DNA of 64,000 nt from Candidatus Altimarinota bacterium (GCA_046314355.1 JBKBWQ010000001.1:1408001-1472000); one strand, 5' to 3'; shown: positions 1 through 9,381, counted from the first letter of the stretch. Made by a program: numbers and translations. The notes: generated from the sequence alone by a model not told the origin.

Positions 1-35
1 TATTGTTCCTTAACAAATCGAAGGAGGAAAAACAA

Positions 36-773
36 ATGTCTACTATTACATTGCATTCACTCACAAACATCCCTCTTGTAAAAAAGGGTGATAGTATTGC
101 ACAATTAATCATTGATAGCACCGTAAAAGATGGCGTTACTTTGGAAAATGGCGATATTATTGTTATTGCTCAGAAAGTTATTTCAAAAGCAGAAGGTGCA
201 ACCGTGAAATTATCAGATGTTCAAGTTTCAGAAGAAGCTAGAAAACTTGCAGAACAAACAGGTCGCGATGCACGTCTTTGTCAGCTATATCTTGATGAAG
301 CATCTGAAGTTATTGCTGTAAAAGGACGAATGGTTATTACTAGACATAAATTAGGTTATGTTGGTTCAAGTTCAGGTATCGATCGTTCTAATATGGCTCC
401 ACACTCAGAAGAAATTGTAGTTTTGCTTCCAAAAGATCCAGATAAAAGTGCTGCAAATATACGTGATGAGATCAAAAATCTCACAGGAATAACTGTCAGT
501 ATTATTATTAATGATTCTTGTGGTAGAGATCATCGCGATGGTTCAGTTGGTACAGCTATTGGAGTTGGAGGTATTAAAGCCTTACGTATTGATGAAAAGT
601 TAGATTTGTTTGGTAATCCATCTAATAGTAGAATTGCAGTTGCAGATGAAGTAGCAGCAGCAGCATCACTATTAATGGGGCAAGCAGATGAAGGAGTACC
701 GGCAGTAGTAGTAAAAGGAGTTGCTTACACATCATCCGAACAAGCTACTATTCAAGAATTTATTCACAAATAG
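36..773 (+). CDS. cofE: Coenzyme F420-0:gamma-glutamyl ligase family (CofE-like) amide ligase
   Basis: IPLVKKGD, GDIIVIAQKVISKAEG, GIDRSN, LLPKDPD, DEVAAAASLLMGQADEGVPAVVVKG motifs; AAGGAGG at 21-27 supports ATG 36. Confidence 0.85.
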   Translation: MSTITLHSLTNIPLVKKGDSIAQLIIDSTVKDGVTLENGDIIVIAQKVISKAEGATVKLSDVQVSEEARKLAEQTGRDARLCQLYLDEASEVIAVKGRMVITRHKLGYVGSSSGIDRSNMAPHSEEIVVLLPKDPDKSAANIRDEIKNLTGITVSIIINDSCGRDHRDGSVGTAIGVGGIKALRIDEKLDLFGNPSNSRIAVADEVAAAASLLMGQADEGVPAVVVKGVAYTSSEQATIQEFIHK

Positions 774-783
774 GAGGTTAAAA

Positions 784-1977
784 ATGGAAGGTTTGATGAT
801 AAGTCATAATTATCAAGATCCAGCATCAGGTGAGTTTGAAGTTGTAGAACGAAAAGGAGTAGGCCATCCTGATTCATTAGCAGATGCATTAGCTAATGAA
901 GTATCTATTGCATACTCAAAGTATTGTTTAGAGAATATTGGTGTTATACCTCATCATAATATAGACAAACTCTATATTGGTGCGGGACATTATAAGAATG
1001 ATTATGGAGTTTGTGAACGTCTTTCCCCTATAATAGTTAGAGTTAATGGTCGTATGTCTTCAGTATTTGGTAATGTCGATTTAGATATTCAACAGCTACA
1101 GTCATCTTCTATTCAAAACTATTTACGGCATGTTATGCCATCTATTACTAGTAATGACCTTATTATTGAAACAAATGCATCACAACACACCAAGGTTCCT
1201 TTTTGGTTTACACCAAGAGACCTAAATGATATACCTGATGCTACTAACCCAAAAGCTAATGATACTTCAGTTTGTATTGGTCATTGGCCACCTACATTGA
1301 CTGAATCATTAGCTTATAGGTTAGAAAGGTATTTTTGGAAAGATGTTTCAGGGTACGCTGTGCCAAGATTTGCTGAAATTGGTCAGGATATTAAGGTAAT
1401 GGTAGTAAGAAATGGAGAACATATAGAGGCAACTTTATGCGTTCCAACTATAAGCTTACATACTTCATCCTATAAAGTATATTCTGAACTAATAAAGCTG
1501 TATGAAGAAAATCTCCAAGGTCTTGCTGATGAATTTTTGGCGAGTTCTGGACTTCAATCATTTGTACGGATAAATCCATATCAAAAGCAATATATGCTTG
1601 GATTAGGGAGCTGTATCGAATGTGGTGAAGAGGGGGTTGTGGGAAGAGGTAATAACATTAATGGTATTATCTCAACTCACAGAATTCATACGCTTGAATC
1701 TTGGGCTGGTAAAAACCCAGTCTATCATACAGGTCGAGTATACGGCTATATAACTGCTAAATTTGCTCGAGCAATCGCAGCAAAATTTTCAGTTAAATGT
1801 ACTGTTATTGCAGTAACTCGTTGTGGTGATTCACTATTCCCACCATACCAACTTAAAGTTTCAACCGATAATATTGTCAATAAGTATGAACTTGAAAACT
1901 TTGTTGAACAATTAATATCCGAAACGGACTATATTCAAGAAATTCTTTCATTTAGACCATGGATTAATGACCTATAG
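784..1977 (+). CDS. Archaeal-type S-adenosylmethionine synthetase (MAT)
   Basis: VERKGVGHPDSLAD, HHNIDK, ANDTS, GQDIKVM, GRGN, AGKNPVYHTG motifs; SD AGGAGGT 772-778 before ATG 784. Confidence 0.85.
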   Translation: MEGLMISHNYQDPASGEFEVVERKGVGHPDSLADALANEVSIAYSKYCLENIGVIPHHNIDKLYIGAGHYKNDYGVCERLSPIIVRVNGRMSSVFGNVDLDIQQLQSSSIQNYLRHVMPSITSNDLIIETNASQHTKVPFWFTPRDLNDIPDATNPKANDTSVCIGHWPPTLTESLAYRLERYFWKDVSGYAVPRFAEIGQDIKVMVVRNGEHIEATLCVPTISLHTSSYKVYSELIKLYEENLQGLADEFLASSGLQSFVRINPYQKQYMLGLGSCIECGEEGVVGRGNNINGIISTHRIHTLESWAGKNPVYHTGRVYGYITAKFARAIAAKFSVKCTVIAVTRCGDSLFPPYQLKVSTDNIVNKYELENFVEQLISETDYIQEILSFRPWINDL

Positions 1978-1986
1978 GAGGTTTTA

Positions 1987-2913
1987 ATGTATAAATATAC
2001 AATATCATTAGATAATGAATCAGTTGGTATAGTATCAGATACAGATTTGATGACATTATTTAATCAATGGTCTGAGCTCTTACACCTTAAAGATGTGGCA
2101 GTTAGTTTAGAAGGTGAGAATGAATTTGTTGTAGAATATAGTAATTCTACTGATAATTACGTCTATTACTCAAATAAATGTGCTCATGTAAGAATTCCAT
2201 TAGCAAAGCTTCAGAGTGGTGAATTATTACTTTATGCAGCATTACCTTTTTTAGAGGTCCTGCAGCAAAGGAGATCAGTCATTACTGTGCATGCTGCTGC
2301 TGTAGAAATTCGAGGAAAGGCAGTTTTATTGTTAGGCAAAGTTGGAGCAGGGAAGACCAGTCTGATAATCTCACTTTGTCAAAACCATCAGGCTCAGCTT
2401 ATTGGTAATGATATTGTTAAGATTGAAATGGCTGAAGAAAAAATTATGGCATGTACAGGGTCTAAGTATTTTTTCTTGAGAGAAGAATCAATTAGAAGAA
2501 ATATCCCATCCCTACTTAGTTTGTTTCCCTATTCAGAGAAAGATTCATGGACTCATAAAATTTATTGTACTCCAAGTGAATTAGGTATTATTATAGGTAA
2601 GGGCTTTGTGCCAATTACGCGTAGTTACCTAGTTCATATTGATGAGACAATGGATAAATTACATTCTGTGAATGCTGATACAATGGATACAAGACTTTAT
2701 TTAAATGAAAATATGTCTCGTTATATTCGTGGTACGGCAATTGCTCTCTTTGAAGAAGGTAGAAAATTCTTAGGTTATGTTCCTTCTTTCGATACACCTG
2801 ACTTCTTTTCAATGAGAGTTAGGGTAACTGAACAGCTTATTTCTATGTCTAAGATTAAATATGTGGCAGGCAATCTTAAAGATACTTGTCAGCATATCAT
2901 TTCTGGAATATAG
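1987..2913 (+). CDS. HPr kinase-like P-loop kinase
   Basis: VHAAAVE..GKAVLLLGKVGAGKTS and LIGND, typical of HprK-related kinases. Confidence 0.7.
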   Translation: MYKYTISLDNESVGIVSDTDLMTLFNQWSELLHLKDVAVSLEGENEFVVEYSNSTDNYVYYSNKCAHVRIPLAKLQSGELLLYAALPFLEVLQQRRSVITVHAAAVEIRGKAVLLLGKVGAGKTSLIISLCQNHQAQLIGNDIVKIEMAEEKIMACTGSKYFFLREESIRRNIPSLLSLFPYSEKDSWTHKIYCTPSELGIIIGKGFVPITRSYLVHIDETMDKLHSVNADTMDTRLYLNENMSRYIRGTAIALFEEGRKFLGYVPSFDTPDFFSMRVRVTEQLISMSKIKYVAGNLKDTCQHIISGI

Positions 2914-2957
2914 ATTTTTGGACAGCTCGATTGAGCTGTCTTTTTTTAACTCAAATT

Positions 2958-3503
2958 ATGTTTACATTTAATAATGCTATTTCGCCAGAGTACAGTTTTG
3001 AAATTGAAAATGCTATTTCATATCTAGTTACTCATTTTAATAAATCGGGTCATAATCCAAAGCCGGTTATATTGCATTCTATTAGAATTGCCATGTTACT
3101 AATGGAGATGGGATATAGTAAAAAGATAATTATTAGCGCAGTACTACATGATATTATCGAGGACACAGATGTAAATAATGAAGATCTTGAAAAGAATTTT
3201 GGACAAGATATTCTTAACCTTGTTTTAGCTGTTAGTTATGATGAGTCAATATCTGATCCAGTAGAACAGTATAAAGATATGTTTAGGAGAGTAATAAAAT
3301 ATGGAAAGGAAGCAGTTGTACTTAAGGCAGTGGATATTGCAGTGAATAGCCTTTATATCCATCTTGTTCCAAGTATAGAAAAGCAAAGAGAATTAATTAA
3401 GAAAGGGACTTATTTTCTTAATTTGACAAAAGAATATGAAGAAGAGCCAGCATGGCAAATGCTAAAGCAGAGAAATCTTGAAGAAATTAAACGATTATCA
3501 TGA
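2958..3503 (+). CDS. HD-domain phosphohydrolase (Mesh1/SpoT-hydrolase-like)
   Basis: PVILHS, AVLHDIIEDT, KAVD; ATG 2958 chosen to avoid overlap with the upstream gene. Confidence 0.7.
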   Translation: MFTFNNAISPEYSFEIENAISYLVTHFNKSGHNPKPVILHSIRIAMLLMEMGYSKKIIISAVLHDIIEDTDVNNEDLEKNFGQDILNLVLAVSYDESISDPVEQYKDMFRRVIKYGKEAVVLKAVDIAVNSLYIHLVPSIEKQRELIKKGTYFLNLTKEYEEEPAWQMLKQRNLEEIKRLS

Positions 3504-4651
3504 AGATTGCAGTTTGTCTTCCAAGCTTAAATGAGGCTGCCAATATTGCTAGTATTACTCATATTGTTGACCAAGGGCTTTCTGAAATAATTTTGAAATA
3601 CCCATATGTTAATGCTGAGATTCTAAATTTTGATAGTAATAGTATAGATCAAACACCTCAGATATTTCAACAAACATACACTCATGCATTAAAACAATCT
3701 TTTATAGTTACAAATGGGTTAGGAAAAGGGAGAAATATCTTAGACTTCTGTGAGTATGTAATAAATAATGATATTGAGTACTGTCTGACTATCGATTCTG
3801 ATATTAAATCAGCTACTCCTGCATGGATAGTATCTTTACTAACACCTTTATTATCAGGCTATGCTGACTATGTTACTCCTGTGTATAAAAGAAGTAGATT
3901 TGAGGGCAGCTCTACTAACCACTTTGCTGTACCATTTATTTTTGCTATCACTGGACAATTAATACGGCAACCTATTGCTGGTGATTTTGGTTTTACTAAA
4001 AAGATAGCAAAAGTCTTTTTGCAAAATAAACTTCTATTTGATCCTATAATTGAACATTATGGTATTGATATTTTTATGTCAATTTCTGCAATAAATGCTA
4101 ATGCACGAATTGAACAAATTAATTTAGACAAAAAAATCCATGCACCAAGTTTTCATAAACTTGAGTATATGTTTCCACAAATTGCTAGTACTGCATTGCT
4201 TTGTAAAAAACAATTCAATAATCCCAAGAGCAAAATTGAGACTACAGAAAGCATAGAAATTAATATACTTGAAAATTTAGAATTTCTTCATAAGGATGAA
4301 GCAAATAAAATGAAAAAAAATGCTCTATCTATATTAAAAGAATTAAAAGATTATAAATGGTGTTCAGCTAATTTAATTGAAAATTATTTGCAAAGTTCCG
4401 CATTGGAAATTCCATCAGAGGTACAAATGTCTACACTATGGATAGATATACTTCAAGAATGGATTATCTATTATCAGGAGGTTTCTGATATTAATTCTAT
4501 ACAGAAAGCAGGAAATGAATTATTACCATTCTTCGTGCTAAGAGCAGTTAATTTTTGGATTTGGTCAGAGAGTGTTAGTATAGTACAAATAGAAAATGCA
4601 ATTCTTGAACAGGCTTATCAATTACGCAATATTCTTATAAATAAATTATGA
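3500..4651 (+). CDS. GT-A glycosyltransferase, glucosyl-3-phosphoglycerate/mannosylglycerate synthase-like
   Basis: LPSLNEA, GLGKG, IDSD, RQPIAGDFG, YGIDIF; ATGA overlap with upstream stop. Confidence 0.7.
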   Translation: MKIAVCLPSLNEAANIASITHIVDQGLSEIILKYPYVNAEILNFDSNSIDQTPQIFQQTYTHALKQSFIVTNGLGKGRNILDFCEYVINNDIEYCLTIDSDIKSATPAWIVSLLTPLLSGYADYVTPVYKRSRFEGSSTNHFAVPFIFAITGQLIRQPIAGDFGFTKKIAKVFLQNKLLFDPIIEHYGIDIFMSISAINANARIEQINLDKKIHAPSFHKLEYMFPQIASTALLCKKQFNNPKSKIETTESIEINILENLEFLHKDEANKMKKNALSILKELKDYKWCSANLIENYLQSSALEIPSEVQMSTLWIDILQEWIIYYQEVSDINSIQKAGNELLPFFVLRAVNFWIWSESVSIVQIENAILEQAYQLRNILINKL

Positions 4652-5493
4652 TTGTCACTGCACTTATTGGATCTCCAGTAGATCATAGTATTTCTCCGCA
4701 ACTATTTAAATTGTATGCAGACGAACATCAACTTGAGTATGCACATACTAAGTTTGATATAAAAGCAGAAGATTTAGAAAAAGTTATTACATCACTTTGT
4801 GCTTTTGGATTTGCTGGTGCAAACATTACGCTTCCTTATAAAACAGATGTAATGCGTTTTTTAGACTACATCTCTCCAGAAGCACGGGCAATTGGTGCTG
4901 TAAATACTATTAAAGTTAATAAAAATAAGCTTGAAGGATATAATACTGATGCTTATGGAGCCATTATGGCAATTGAGAAAGTTGCCTTGAGGAATATAGA
5001 TGCTAGTGACTCAGCTATTGTGCTTGGCACAGGTGGAGCTGCACGTGCAATTACATGGAGCTTACTTCAAAAAGGAGCTAAAGTAACAGTAATATATCGA
5101 GAACCAGAGTCACGACGTACTAATAAAATGAAAGAAGATTTTCATGGTATAGTTAAATTTTTAACTTATAAGGATGTAAATACACATATCTTAGAAAAGA
5201 TCACCTTAGTTTGTAACGCTACCTCTGCTGGCATGTATCCAAATATAAATGGAATGCCGGATACAATGAGAGTACTTGAGTATGTAGATCTACATGACGT
5301 AATAATTTTTGATGCAATATTTAATCCAAAAATAACTAAGTTTCAGGAATGGGCAAAAGAACGAGGCGGTATCTTGGCTTATGGTATTGATATGATGATA
5401 TACCAAGGTATAACTGCATTTGAATATTGGACTAATTATAAAGTTAGTGCTGATACAATAGAAAAGGCTGCTTTTACTTTAATGAAATTATAA
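4648..5493 (+). CDS. aroE: Shikimate dehydrogenase family
   Basis: GSPVDHSISP, GANITLPYK, GAVNT, GYNTD, GTGGAARA, NATSAGM, GIDMMIYQG. Confidence 0.88.
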   Translation: MIVTALIGSPVDHSISPQLFKLYADEHQLEYAHTKFDIKAEDLEKVITSLCAFGFAGANITLPYKTDVMRFLDYISPEARAIGAVNTIKVNKNKLEGYNTDAYGAIMAIEKVALRNIDASDSAIVLGTGGAARAITWSLLQKGAKVTVIYREPESRRTNKMKEDFHGIVKFLTYKDVNTHILEKITLVCNATSAGMYPNINGMPDTMRVLEYVDLHDVIIFDAIFNPKITKFQEWAKERGGILAYGIDMMIYQGITAFEYWTNYKVSADTIEKAAFTLMKL

Positions 5494-5498
5494 TATTT

Positions 5499-7343
5499 AT
5501 GCTTAAAGATATATTACATATAACTTTCAATCTTGATGAGATTGCTGATACTGTTTCTGAAGGAATTAGATTTTTAAAGGAACATGGTCTCCATTCGGCA
5601 GAAATTAGAACTATTGATGGTAGAAACATTGCTAAACTTTCGTTAGAAGAAACACTAAGTTTAAAAAAGATCCTGAGTGAAAATAGTATCAGTGTTGCTG
5701 CTATAGCATCACCACTTTTTAAATGGTATTCTGGAAGTCCTCAGACCGAACAAAAAGTTGATCTTTTTGGAATGAGTCCTTATTTATCAATAGATGAGAA
5801 AAAGGAAATGATTGTAAAGATCATTGAACAGGCGATCATACTTGAAACAAAAAATATTCGTATTTTTTCTGGATTAAAGTCTACTGAGGAATATGAACCT
5901 TTGCCAGAAGAAGAATCAGAATTATTACTTTTTGCATTAAAAATTGCAAAAGAAAAAGATGTAATTTTAATGTTAGAGAATGAACCTGTTTGTTACATTT
6001 CTCGCCTTGACGACTATATAAGTATGTTTACCTCAGGTAAGTATGAAGGACTACAATCATGGTTTGACATAGCAAATATATATCAAGAGGGAGAGCTTAT
6101 CACAGCAGAAGACCTAGAAATTCTCATTCCTTTTGTAAAGTATCTTCATATCAAAGATCCTATTGGGAGTAAGATGCACAAATACGTTCCGCTAGGAAAA
6201 GGTTATATTAACTATAAGAGAATTTTTGATATTTTAGAAAAATTAATTACTGAACCGGTTGCTTTAAGTATAGAAACACATGTAAAAAATGATAAATGGA
6301 ATGCTTCAAGTGAATCATTCTATTATTTAAAGAGATTACTCTCAACCAAACGAACTGCCTATGCTATTGTGGGAGTAGGAAGAATATCGCAGAAACACTT
6401 TACTGCATTAAAATCTAATGATAATTGTACATTAGTAGGTGTTTTCGACATTGATAGAACAAAAGCTCATTCTGCAATGCTAGAATATGACTGCGTAGAT
6501 TACTCTAGTTATGAAGAGTTATTGTTAGATAAACAAGTAGAGGTTATATCAATTTGCTGTCCGCATGATATTCACATACCTTATGCTACTCTTGCATTAA
6601 AAAATAATAAAAAAGTACTTTGTGAAAAACCACTTGCACTTAACTCAAATGAACTTTACAGATTTATTGAAAATACTGATAAGCCAGACAGTACTTATGT
6701 TGTTTTTCAAAATCGCTTTAATCCAGCTATAAAGGATTTTTACGAATTTGAAAAAAATAAACTAGGTACCACTCAGTATATCGCTATGACTCTCAGATGG
6801 TGGAGAGACGAATATTATTACAAAGACTGGCATGGTAGTAAAGAGATTTCAGGAGGTCCACTTATTACTCAAGCTATTCATTCCCTAGAACTGGTAACAC
6901 ATTTAACTAGAGGGGCTGGCATAAAAAAAATTAATGCAATTCAATTAAAAACTCGAGATTATATTACTTTATCAGATATTATTATTGCTACTATAGAATT
7001 TGAAAATGGAGTTATTTGCAATATTGAAGTTTGTCTTGCAACACATAATCAGAATTTAGAATCAAGTATTTTTGTTGTAGGTACGACAGGTTCAATGAAA
7101 ATATCTGGAGTTGCTTTATCTGAGTTTGTATATCCCGAGGTAGAGAAAACACTTAATAATGAATCGACTGAGCATTATTATGGTAATGGTCACATTGCAC
7201 TTTATAGAACACACTCAAACCATTATCTAAAATCTTTTGATCATGATGATAAGTTGCTTACAGCTCCCAAAGACCTTTTAGAAACTTTAAAGTTAATAGA
7301 AGCTATTGAAAATGCATTGTCTACATCTTCCAATATAAAGTAA
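5499..7343 (+). CDS. Fusion of xylose-isomerase-like TIM barrel (sugar phosphate isomerase/epimerase) and Gfo/Idh/MocA oxidoreductase
   Basis: N-half IRIFS, LENE, FDIAN, LHIKD, GKGYINY, SIETH; C-half GVGRIS, CEKP, QNRFNP, GGPLITQAIH. Confidence 0.8.
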   Translation: MLKDILHITFNLDEIADTVSEGIRFLKEHGLHSAEIRTIDGRNIAKLSLEETLSLKKILSENSISVAAIASPLFKWYSGSPQTEQKVDLFGMSPYLSIDEKKEMIVKIIEQAIILETKNIRIFSGLKSTEEYEPLPEEESELLLFALKIAKEKDVILMLENEPVCYISRLDDYISMFTSGKYEGLQSWFDIANIYQEGELITAEDLEILIPFVKYLHIKDPIGSKMHKYVPLGKGYINYKRIFDILEKLITEPVALSIETHVKNDKWNASSESFYYLKRLLSTKRTAYAIVGVGRISQKHFTALKSNDNCTLVGVFDIDRTKAHSAMLEYDCVDYSSYEELLLDKQVEVISICCPHDIHIPYATLALKNNKKVLCEKPLALNSNELYRFIENTDKPDSTYVVFQNRFNPAIKDFYEFEKNKLGTTQYIAMTLRWWRDEYYYKDWHGSKEISGGPLITQAIHSLELVTHLTRGAGIKKINAIQLKTRDYITLSDIIIATIEFENGVICNIEVCLATHNQNLESSIFVVGTTGSMKISGVALSEFVYPEVEKTLNNESTEHYYGNGHIALYRTHSNHYLKSFDHDDKLLTAPKDLLETLKLIEAIENALSTSSNIK

Positions 7344-7406
7344 ATATATATTTAATTGCATTATTTAGATCATTTATTGGCTATGTATATTTTTCGTATT
7401 TCCTCC

Positions 7407-7550
7407 AGCTTGGTGAGCCATGAACCACTCGGCTATCGCCTCGGGTACATGGCACGCCAATAAGCTCAAATCAATTCACGTACTAGATCCGAGTATGTGG
7501 TTCATGCAGTATACCTGACCCGCCGATTCGGCGTGGGAATGGTTTACTGC
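7407..7550. repeat. GC-rich palindromic/structured element (REP-like or ncRNA)
   Basis: CATGAACCAC 7419-7428 pairs with GTGGTTCATG 7497-7506; alternative hairpin 7407-7466; GCAGTATACC..CCCGCCGATTCGGCGTGGG..GGTTTACTGC hairpin 7506-7550. Confidence 0.5.
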
Positions 7551-7678
7551 CTTACTACGTCGTTAAACAATAGAAAGAGAACCTACGAGCCATTTCTGTT
7601 GTTTGCTAATTACAACACTAGATGCTTGAAGTACCTATTGAATAGAATATTATCTAGAATAATACTTCTTCTTTTTCT

Positions 7679-7947
7679 ATGAATTTTTATTATGTGTATG
7701 TGCTCAAAAGTCTAAAAGACAGTAAAAACTATATTGGTTTTACAAATAACTTATTACAAAGATATACAGAGCATGAACAAGGTAGAAATATATCTACAGC
7801 AAAACGTAGACCTCTGGAACTTATTTTTATGAAGCATTTAGAAATAAAGAAGATGCTCTACGTAGAGAAGCTTATTTCAAAACTACAAAAGGAAAAATTA
7901 TGTTGAAGATTATATTGAAGGAAGGCTTTAGTTTTTCGGCTCTGTGA
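7679..7947 (+). pseudogene. Small GIY-YIG nuclease, frameshifted
   Basis: YYVYVLKS..YIGFTNNL..R..EH; one T missing near 7824-7828; other frame continues YEAFRNKEDALRREAYFKTTKGK to TGA 7947. Confidence 0.75.
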
Positions 7948-8024
7948 GCAACAAAAAATCAAGAAATTAGTGTTTTACATTTAAAGTGATATATAATAAA
8001 AGTACAATTATTAATTAAAATATC

Positions 8025-8453
8025 ATGACGTTAAACACTTGGATAAATTTTAATGGAAATGCTGAAGAAGCATTTACTTTTTATAAATCCGTATTCGGTG
8101 GGGAGTTTTCAAAAGTGGTGCGTTTTAAAGATATGGCGAATCCTGGGGATGAGCATCCTGTAGATGAAAAAGAGGGTAACAAACTAATGCTTATTGCATT
8201 ACCTATTGGTAATGGTAGTAGTCTTATGGCGAACGATGTTCCTGAAGTTATGGGTCGTGTAAACGAGAATGAAAATAGAAGTAAGATTACGATAAACGCG
8301 GACAGCAAAGAGGAAGCTGAAAAATTATTCAATGGTCTTTCTGCTGGCGGACAAGTTGAGGTTCCAATGTGCGATGGTCCATGGGGGTCTTACTTTGGAA
8401 TGTTCAGAGATCAGTATGGTATTGAATGGGTAATTGAATTTTATTCTAAATAA
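8025..8453 (+). CDS. VOC family protein (PhnB-like)
   Basis: NFNGNAEEAFTFYKSVFGG, WGSYFGMFRDQYGIEW. Confidence 0.88.
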   Translation: MTLNTWINFNGNAEEAFTFYKSVFGGEFSKVVRFKDMANPGDEHPVDEKEGNKLMLIALPIGNGSSLMANDVPEVMGRVNENENRSKITINADSKEEAEKLFNGLSAGGQVEVPMCDGPWGSYFGMFRDQYGIEWVIEFYSK

Positions 8454-8531
8454 ATTGATATGGTAAATATGTGAAGAGTAAGTCTTAGCTTTTCACATAT
8501 TGAATCCGCATTTGATTATCTAGAATATTTG

Positions 8532-8566
8532 AAAAAAGCTGCCTAAATAACTAGGCAGCTTTTTTT
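8532..8566. terminator. Bidirectional intrinsic terminator
   Basis: AAAAAAGCTGCCTA-6nt-TAGGCAGCTTTTTT between convergent genes. Confidence 0.75.
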
Positions 8567-9377
8567 ACATAATATGACCAACACTCTGTGCCATGTCCAT
8601 GCTGGAAAGTGCCATCCAGATTGCCATTGCTATCATCACCAAGTTTTCTGTAAGAGAGATAAATCCCAAAGGAACATTGGTGCCCCCGCCAACACATGCA
8701 CATTTCAGTTCACGCTGATCGATATATGCAGCCTTGAAGACAGAAATAGCTCCGACTGTTCCGATGAATAATGCGATAGATGCTGATAACCAGGTGAAAA
8801 TCCCTGCGATCATAAGTACCCCTGCCAAACCTTCCGCAAAAGGATAGATATAAGAATAGGGGATCCAGCGTTTTGCCAGGAGATCATAGTTGAGGAACAT
8901 GGTAGAAAAACTCTCAATATTCTGGAGTTTCAAAAGTGCTAGGACGCTCATACTGAATGCTGCGAACCACTCGATTGTCTTGATGGTGAATATAGTACCA
9001 AACGCAGCAAAGCTTGCCGCAAGAGCCATCAGTAACGTCATGCTAAAGAGCGCAATGACCGGCTTGTAGCTAGTAGTATCAGGTGTAGGTAGAGCTTTGC
9101 CAAAGTACCGCCGCAAATCATCATATCCTCCGATTCTTTCTTCTCCAATGAACACTTGCGGGGTTGTTTTTACATTATGTGTAGCCTTGAAGGCTTCTAC
9201 TTCTTCACGTGAGGTGAGCAAGTGGTCTTCAATCTGGAAACCTTTACGCTCGAGAAGGTATTTTGCTTTTAATCCATAAGGACATGTATGGTTGTGCATC
9301 TGCATGCGGTAAATAGCTGCTTTTCTTATCGTAGAAGTAGTTTTCATATTTTTGATCTTGTTAGTATCTGAAATCAT
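8565..9377 (-). CDS. Glutaredoxin-MauE/DoxX membrane redox protein
   Basis: TCPYG, TTPQVFI..GGYDDL, CACVGG; start must lie downstream of the promoter (ATG 9377 or 9347). Confidence 0.8.
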   Translation of the reverse strand: MISDTNKIKNMKTTSTIRKAAIYRMQMHNHTCPYGLKAKYLLERKGFQIEDHLLTSREEVEAFKATHNVKTTPQVFIGEERIGGYDDLRRYFGKALPTPDTTSYKPVIALFSMTLLMALAASFAAFGTIFTIKTIEWFAAFSMSVLALLKLQNIESFSTMFLNYDLLAKRWIPYSYIYPFAEGLAGVLMIAGIFTWLSASIALFIGTVGAISVFKAAYIDQRELKCACVGGGTNVPLGFISLTENLVMIAMAIWMALSSMDMAQSVGHIM

Positions 9378-9381
9378 AGCT

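Noticed and set aside
36-773. Evidence for full F420 biosynthesis
   Set aside because: Only a CofE-like gene is visible, and CofE homologs occur without F420; upstream sequence is unavailable
7411-7490. tRNA gene on the minus strand (ends TGGCTCACCA)
   Set aside because: No GTTC T-loop, D-arm or matching 5' acceptor strand
7500-7570. Group I intron core next to the GIY-YIG gene
   Set aside because: The GCAGTA/TACTGC pairing lacks the canonical GACUA/UAGUC P7, and no interrupted host gene is evident
7497-7682. 61-aa ORF from the track
   Set aside because: Overlaps the palindromic element and has no protein-like features
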